Source of the DNA: Macrostomum hystrix
Lineage: Eukaryota > Animalia > Platyhelminthes
Assembly (NCBI GenBank): GCA_950097015.1
Contig: CATNEN010000037.1
Span: 1,426,001 to 1,490,000 of the forward strand
DNA: 64,000 bases
Direction of reading: 5' to 3'
Within the stretch, counting starts at the first letter, position 1, and each line of letters begins with the position of its first letter. Under the pieces are notes generated by a model. That model saw only the letters and a list, made by a program, of their open reading frames with translations, did no database searches and was not told where the DNA came from. This document shows positions 43,698 to 64,000 of the stretch, in pieces. The translations under genes and the position numbers were made by a program.

Positions 43698-46466
43698 TCA
43701 ACCGGCGGGAAGCATAATCATGTCAATTCGGAGGCATCTTTGTTTCACACCGGAGCTGCGCTCGGTCACCATAGCGACCGCCGCTGCGTTGCCGCTGGTA
43801 TAATTTGGAGCGCTAAACACGGTGACGCACCGTTTCAAATAGTGCCACTCGTATCCGGCCTGCTTAGTCTCGTGGCCCCTCACAATGCACGCTAGGCCAA
43901 ATTGTTGCGTGGTCTTCTCGATCACATCCGTGCCGAAGTTGAATGCGATTTGGCGGTCAACGTTGAACCGCCAGCCCCGCAGCGAGTTCCAGTTGCTGTC
44001 GTTCGGGCTCATGTATGTCTGGCCGTGGTGCATCGGATCCGACCAGAGCATGTCTGACAGGAGGCAAGAGTACCCGGACGGATCCAGCATACTCAAGGCC
44101 TTCTGCGAGTCATGATTGTTCGAGATGAACCCGGAGGCACCGACTTGAACGGGTCGGCAGACCTTTTGCCGTAAAATGGAAACGAATGGGATAAGATGGA
44201 ACAGAATGGGATAAAATGGAACACAATGGGATAAAATGGAAACGAATGGGATAAGATGGAACAGAATGGGATAAAATGGAAACGAATGGGATAAGATGGA
44301 ACAGAATGGGATAAAATGGTTCAACAAATGGGACAAAATGTAACAGAATGGGATAAAATGGCACACAATGGGATAAAATGGAAATGAATGGGATAAGATG
44401 GAACAGAATGGGATAAAATGGAAACAAATGGGACAAAATGTAACAGAATGGGATAAAATGGCACAGAATGGGATGAAATGGAAAAGAATAGGGAAAAACT
44501 AAGCAGAATGAAATAAAACGTGATAGAATAGGATACAGTAGAACAGAATGAGACAAAGTGGGAATTGGAGGAAAGCCGTTGGGTGAATTGGAGAATGCAC
44601 CTTAAAGTTGATGTAGGACGCCAGCGACCCTGAGGCAAGCTGCGATTTGTGCCGCTGACAGATGAAACCCAGCGGAGTGCGCTCGCCCAACCTCTGGCAG
44701 GTGCGGCAGACCGACATTGCCGGGCTGAGGCCACCGTGCAGGCAGAGCACCCTCTGCTCAAGCAGGCAGGCAACTGGCAGGTAGTCGAACACGTGGATGA
44801 ACATGCGCCACAGACCGTCAGCTAGGCGGCGATGGCCCGGGTCGATGGCGTTCTCTGAAAGGGTTAGGAGGTGATAACAACTGGGAAACGAATTTTCACT
44901 CAAGATCTTCAACTTGAGACTCAAGATCTTCAACTTGAGACACAAGATCTTCAACTTGAGACTCAAGATCTTCAACTTGAGACTCAAGATCTTCAACTTG
45001 AGACTCAAGATCTTCAACTTGAGACTCAAGATCTTCAACTTGAGACTCAGGATCTTCAACTTAGACTCAAGATCTTCAACTTGAGACTAAAATTGAAATT
45101 CTAAATTTGAGATTTGAGTTCTTGAATTTGAGATTTGAGATCATGAGCCTTACCGCGGAAGCGCTCCCTAATCTCGGCATAGAATCCGTAAGCTTCGTGC
45201 AGCTCAAAGTCCTCATGATTGCCGCGCAAGATGAACACCCTCGATGGGAAGCGAAGCTTGTAATAGAGAAATAGGCACACCGTCTCGAGCTGCTGCGGGC
45301 CGCGGTCCACCATGTCGCCTGCAGGCAGAACCCATTGTGGAGATTGCTAACAGTAGCGCTACGTAATCTGCTGGATGTGTCTCTCACTACCCTAAAAATC
45401 TTTTAACGCTCTTTTCCCACCGTAACCTAGTCACCACCAATCTCCCCTCACACTGTCTCCCATACCATCACACCCCATCCCACTGTCTCCTATCCCATCC
45501 CACTGTCTCCTATCCCACCGAACTGTCTCCCATCCCATCCCAGTCTCCCACCCCATCCCACTGTCTCCCGTGCCATCCCAGTCCTCCACTTGTCCTCGCT
45601 CACCGCAGCACACCAAGTTGGTGTTGCAGTGCTCAGGGCCGCCAATCCGATAGAACCACTCCAGCAGGTCGTTGAACTGGCCGTGAATGTCCGTGATGAT
45701 GTAAGCCGGCGCCGGTACCTCCTCGCAGCTGTGGTGCCGCATGAGTGAGTAGCGGACCAGCATGAGCAGCACCATGATCCTGTAGGCGTTCAACTCGTCC
45801 TCGTTGATGTCCGGACCCCACACCACCTTGAGCCTGCCGATCGATAGATTGGTCGTTAATATCGTAATATCGTAGTCGTTATTCGTAAAAAAAGTAGCGA
45901 TGAGCTCTATATATACTAACAAGACATACACTCACCCCCTCAACACCTGAATCCTGACTTTCTCATCGTCAGGCAGTGTACACTATCACTGTGCCTTGGG
46001 GGGTTGGCCTCGGCACGGAATCGAGCTTTGAGACCTTGACGCAATTAGACTGCTCTGTCACTCATCCTCCCCCTCGTATGCCCCCATGTAAAAAGCTCTG
46101 CACTAATCGATATCAGATCGATAAAATATTTGCAACAGATAGTAAAGTATACTCATCAGCTCCGCACCTGGACTGCGAGAAGTGTAGCCTTGCGGCACCT
46201 TCATGAGCTCCGCGCAGTAGCTGGTCCTCGGCGACTCGGTTGAAAAAGGCGTTGTACTTTAGCTTGCCGAACAGCACGGACAGATCGGAGTAGCGCAGCA
46301 TCTCGTCTTTGTACTTGCCGCTGGGAAGGTACTGATAGAATGGCAACATTTTTAGACTGCCGTCCGAGTTCTTTGGCAAACTGGAGTTTCGCACCGTGGC
46401 ACAGCAGGGCTCCCCCTTGTGCGAGCTGCGCGTTGTCGGTGTCTTCAGCTCGAAAGGGCTGGCCAT
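43698..46466 (-). CDS. Divergent PPP-family (PP1-like) Ser/Thr phosphatase, 5 exons: 46466-46168, 45833-45604, 45318-45154, 44854-44601, 44162-43698 (470 aa)
   Basis: [46 protein letters not shown]. Phases sum to 1413 nt. Confidence 0.87.
44170..45590. repeat. Three different intronic minisatellites in the phosphatase gene: 20-bp (44170-44540), 21-bp ACTCAAGATCTTCAACTTGAG (44895-45085), CCCATCCCACTGTCTC-type (45420-45590)
   Basis: Each array is directly visible and confined to one intron. Confidence 0.9.
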
Positions 46467-48536
46467 GGCTGAGTTAGTCGGAGTCTTGTGGAGTCTATCG
46501 AATACTAGTTCTCGGGTGTGAATGACTCAAATCAATCGGTTTAAGTCATCTCTTCCTTCCTTTTGTGCATTAAAGTCTCTCCTTGTTTGTCAGCTGTTTC
46601 AAAATGGAAGCTGTCATTGATACTCATTCTTTATAGCATTTTTTACTTCATTATTCTATGGTCAAAGCCTAGATGCTAGAACTTGGGCTTGCACAACCGA
46701 AGCTATTATTACACGGTTGTGCTTACTCCCTATCGTTCTCCCTGATATAATAAGAATACTAATTGCAGAAGGGCTTGCAGAAGAAAATTGCAGAATATAT
46801 TTGCAGAAGGGCTGCGGACAACGGCACATCAGTGGGTGACACTAGACCCGGGTAATTCTGACTATTTTGCTGACTTCTGACTTTCTCATCGTCAGGCAGT
46901 GTACACTTCCTTGGAGGTTGGCCCTCCCGCCTCAAGGGCATAAATTGCATAAGCCTCTCTTCTCTCCGCGGCTGCGCTTCAATGCCCAATTTATTTTCCT
47001 GTTATCATTGTCCTTAATTAGTATCCCTGGTCGGTAATTTATCCCCCTTTAGAAGCAAACCGATAAGCTTAACCAGATAGACAGATCCTTTTTCCTTTAA
47101 TACCCCAAGACCCCAAAGTCAAGAGCGCTAGGCCCTTGTCCCTCAGTTGAATTGCTCATATAAAATTTATTGTGACTTCTCAAAAAGTGAAATGAAAACA
47201 TGTGACTTCCAAATTCTGAAACAGAATGAGTTTTTATTCAATAGAAAATTTAGTAGACTCTACTGAAGTACTGTAGCTTTGGGTTCTGTTGTATTGGTCA
47301 GTTAGTCACAGTTTTATACTTTTAGCACTGCTGTGTGCCCTTCCTTTACTAACCCCCACTCGTTATCTGCCTGCCCAGTCCTCGCAATCTATTATCAATT
47401 TTCTCTGACCCCTTTACGCGCCAAACCCCATTCGAACTGGCCTAACCCCTAAAATTTCTTACCCCCTTATTTATCGATCGCCTGTTGCGTCCCGCTAGAT
47501 GCTTTTCTCTGCACCCTGTCTGCCCTCCTATTCTGACCCAGCCTATCGCAATTAATAAAATGATTAACTAACTATAAAACAAGGCTTCATATTTAGGCTC
47601 GTTCATTTCGCAACGCTTCGTCATTTCAAGCAAAAATTCATATTAATTTTCTCATTTCGCATTCGATTCATCCAGAATCCAGACTAATTACAGAAGCCGG
47701 TTTTCTACTAGTTTTGCTTTATATTACCAGTTACTTCCAAGCGCTTAACAATTTTGCAAGCCTTTTTTTCTGGAATTCCAGGAAATTCAGTGTAGTCTTT
47801 TTTTCCAAAATACAGTGCGTATAAAAATTAAAATGTAGGTATAAAATACCAATCAGAAAAAAGTATCTAAAAAGTTTCTGTTATTCGATTCCGAATTAAA
47901 AATCTTCAAGCCACTGAAAAGTTTAAATAAACTTGCTTTGGCCTGTGTTATATTTAGTCGTTAAAAATGTGAAAAACTTTAAAATTAAAGACCTGAAACA
48001 AATTCTTAAAAAAATTAGTTGCAAAAGCAGAAATCAATGGCTATTCTAAAAACTAAGGCGATTGCTGCAGCAAGAACATAGTAGGCTCGTATAATATTCA
48101 ATTAGAATAAGAATCGTTTCTACGATTAAAAATACTCATCGACCGAACAATAAAGTAACAAAACAATTTTAATTAAATAAAATAATGTGCCTGTCATGTG
48201 ACAACACCAAATAACTCAGTCTAGTCTCCTCGAAAACGTCCATTCTAACCCTAGATTCAATCTCATCTCACCCATAGATTCATTCCAGTCTCATCCAAGC
48301 TTTTAAATTGTATTAAATTTCATGGCACAGCTATTGAATTTCTCTGCTCATCAAAGTTTAGCAGAGAAAAGGCTGCTTATCAAAACAATGTCTATCTAAT
48401 CTACTTCAAATTACAAATATTTCTAATTTATTAGCGGAACAAAATGTCAAGCAAAAATTAACAAAATCTAACGCGCGTCAAAAAACTGAAAAAAGTAAAA
48501 AAATTGTGCATTGGCGCCACACATTGGTCCGTGATA

Positions 48537-61229
<12,693 letters not shown>

Positions 61230-63849
61230 TGAAATTGCTATAAATTTGTGAGTTGTTGGAGAAGGTTAAATTAACAAAGTTTTTTAAACAGAAAATGATA
61301 GCATAGTTTAATTTTAAATAATTATAAGAAAATTGCCTGTTTCAAAATAGATAACATTAAATTTTCGATAAAAAACGTATGTGCCTTAACTACAAACACA
61401 TTGTACACATTGTATGTCGTGACATCTAGTGAGAAAAAATGTAAACAAAACTTAATACGTTCACTGTTTAATGAATAGGGCCTACGTTCATTTTGTTTCG
61501 TGTTAAATGAAAGTCACTAGTAGCTACAATATAAAGTGATATACTGCGTTGTAAGATAATGTAAATAATGCCTCCTGTGCCTTGGAGGTTGGCCTTCATG
61601 GCGTTGATATACAGACCATGCAGTATATAATCTATATGCAGTATACATTATTGGCTATAATGCCGCCAATATTAATTTGCAAACTAAAACATTCCTTCTG
61701 AAATACGTTACTTTCATAGAATTTAATAAGCAAAAGTGAATCTTGATTTTGGTCGTGGTTAAAAGTTTCGAAAGTTCGAAGAAACTGAGATTCAAAACTG
61801 TGGGCATCTGCATTATCAATTTCCAAACACAATATAAGAAAGTTAGGTGAGATTACATAGTAAAAATGTTTGAAGTTCGTAAATACAATGTCTTGTACAT
61901 TAAATATACTAAGCAGCTTAAACTTTGCATGTTTGCAGCTTTATCTCGCAATATATATATTATATACGCTAATCAGGATGCGTTTCATCCTACTGTACAC
62001 TATATAAACTATAAGGCGACTTAGTAGTTATCAGTTACGGTTACTGTTACTGTTGGCATTGTTAAATTATGTTGTTATTCAGTTTTATATTCTAGAATCT
62101 AGACTGATTACTGTCATTTACTTTACCGCATGCCTCATCAGTTAATCAGTTTGTATGTTCGCTCTGTGTCTAAGGAAGAAACTGTATCCAATTCAGTTTT
62201 TTATTTAAGCTTCGCAAATGCTCCATGTTCTAATTGTAAAAACATATTTTTTTCTATGGTCTTTTCATAGCTTGCCTGCTTAGGCAGCTACCCTAGCTAG
62301 GTAGGCCTAACATATTTCAACAACGATAGTTGGCAGTAAAAATTTCAATAGGCCTAGGCAATAGTCATTAGGCCTAGTCAGACTCAAATGCATTGGGCCT
62401 AGCCTAATCTGTATATTTATATAGGGCCTAGTAAATAGTATAATAAAGCTTGCTTTTTTGATTCATTAAAACTCAAATTGTATTATGCAATGTATGTAAT
62501 ACAATGATTTGGTTGATGTCTTACATAGCAGTCTAAATGAATGAACAAACTGCCTAGCCTAATCAGTGTAAACTCTAGCAAAATTATTCATTGCTGTATT
62601 ATATAAATAATTGATGATCATTAAAAAACATTAAAAAACCAAGTGTAGGCCTAAGTAAAGTATATTCTAAAAAAGATGCTTCACTGTCTAAAATTTTATT
62701 TAAAAAGTCAAAATTGTGCTTTTGCTTGTTTAAATGTACAAATAAAAAATATATAACATATAGGCCTAATATTATTAATAATATGAAAATTACAAATTTT
62801 AACAAACAGTTTACTGTGTATAGGCCTATAAGCAATTGTAAATGTTAGTGAAAGAGCAACTTGATTTACTCATATTCAGATAATTCACAGATATGCTATA
62901 GGTCTTAAGTTATATTGTTTTATTATTTTATTTATTATTTAGTTTTTATTTATTTATTTGTTTGTTTTATTGTTTTATTAAAGTCATATTGTTTTAGACT
63001 CAAAGTGTCTAGGTGAAACTGAAGCCCCGCACAAATCATTATCAATTACATAGCATTTAAATTGAATGTTGATAGGCCTAATTTCATCAACTGCCATTTT
63101 TATCAATTATATTGACATAAAGATATAACACTGAAATAGAACAGTTGTATCTGTTATAATGATACTCTGTTTTAGAGCCTCTGTTTACTCTGTTTTATAT
63201 AATTTAAATCTCCAAAGTAAATGAGAATGAATTGACCATATCTTAACTCCTTGCATGTTACATTTCAAATTGTATATGGATTTACTAACATTTGTGTTGA
63301 AAAAGCAGGTAATATATTATGCTGATTAAAACAAGGTTGAGTTGAAATACTGTTTTTAATTTTTATTGTTTTATTGTTTTATTGTTTGCAGTTGTAAAAG
63401 CAAAACAGTGGGACCAAATGAAGTTGTCATTCCCTAGAAGTGATATTACATGGATCCAATTATTTCACCATTTATTCATTGTGGTTTTTAAATGATCAAC
63501 TCTTTTTTGTGATCAAGTTGCAACAGATAACAATTTCATATTTTGGGAAACAACCAATCAGCACTGTTAACTATCTATAATTTAAATAAGGTGATAATGA
63601 CCTTAGCTATTTATTTAAATTAGAATATGAATTTAATTTTAATCAAAGCACTAGTTTGACTGGTCCTCAATTAATTAGATAGATGTATGGTAGAATTACT
63701 ATTCATATTTTTCTTGACTTTTTATATATATTATATAAAGGTTTCATTGTCTGAAACAGAGTAGGCATCATTCAAAAGAAGCTTTTTTGTCAGTTGCGTA
63801 ATTAAAAGTGTAGTCATCTGACTTTGCAGTGTTGAAATTCCAACAAATC

Positions 63850-64000
63850 ATGGCAGAGCAGCAGCTGGAACAGTTAGACTTGGACCAGCTAAGTAAATTT
63901 CGTGCCTTCCTGCAAAACGAACTCTTAGCCGATCTAGAAGCCTGGACAAGACGACGCAATCAGATTGAAGAGGAGGTCAGACGACTTCGCTCAATTCGCC
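63850..64000 (+). CDS. 5' end of a coiled-coil protein, possibly UXT/alpha-prefoldin-like; runs off the window
   Basis: MAEQQLEQLDLDQLSKFRAFLQNELLADLEAWTRRRNQIEEEVRRLRSIR resembles the UXT N-terminus pattern (Y/F-E-x-F...L..DL....RD.....). GC-richer than the flank, with a CAG acceptor at 63827-63829. Only 50 codons are visible. Confidence 0.45.
   Translation, partial: MAEQQLEQLDLDQLSKFRAFLQNELLADLEAWTRRRNQIEEEVRRLRSIR

Noticed and set aside
62280-62830. Clustered TAGGCCTA palindromic words in AT-rich DNA (also ~11600-13200 and 60500)
   Set aside because: No defined ends, periodicity or coding potential; probably an old repeat remnant that cannot be supported as a feature.

Overview
Eukaryotic (animal) genomic DNA with spliceosomal GT-AG introns. 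GC-rich exons, intronic minisatellites, a flatworm-type EF-hand protein and phase-0 unpaired acceptors suggest a free-living flatworm such as Macrostomum; this is an inference. I built gene models by hand from splice sites and checked that exon phases add up. From left to right the window holds: (1) a tight minus-strand cluster WDR75-NPRL2-CISD3-COQ7 with operon/trans-splicing-like architecture; (2) a decayed LINE fragment; (3) three tandem intronless single-pass Tyr-rich/PPxY membrane protein paralogs (CYYR1/Shisa-like); (4) a young full-length Bel/Pao LTR retrotransposon (227-bp LTRs, 5-bp TSD) just 5' of a dead Tc1-like transposase ORF; (5) a basigin-like Ig gene; (6) a polyQ phospholipid scramblase; (7) a highly divergent H2B variant; (8) RPL6; (9) a 2-EF-hand protein; (10) a divergent PPP-family phosphatase; (11) a 10-exon SGK3 with a 5.5-kb 28-bp satellite in one intron; and (12) the start of a possible UXT/prefoldin-like gene. 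Two tRNA-derived SINE families and two MITE-like elements are dispersed through the window. No CRISPR array, rRNA or convincing tRNA gene was seen. Homology calls come from recalled family motifs, not from database searches.
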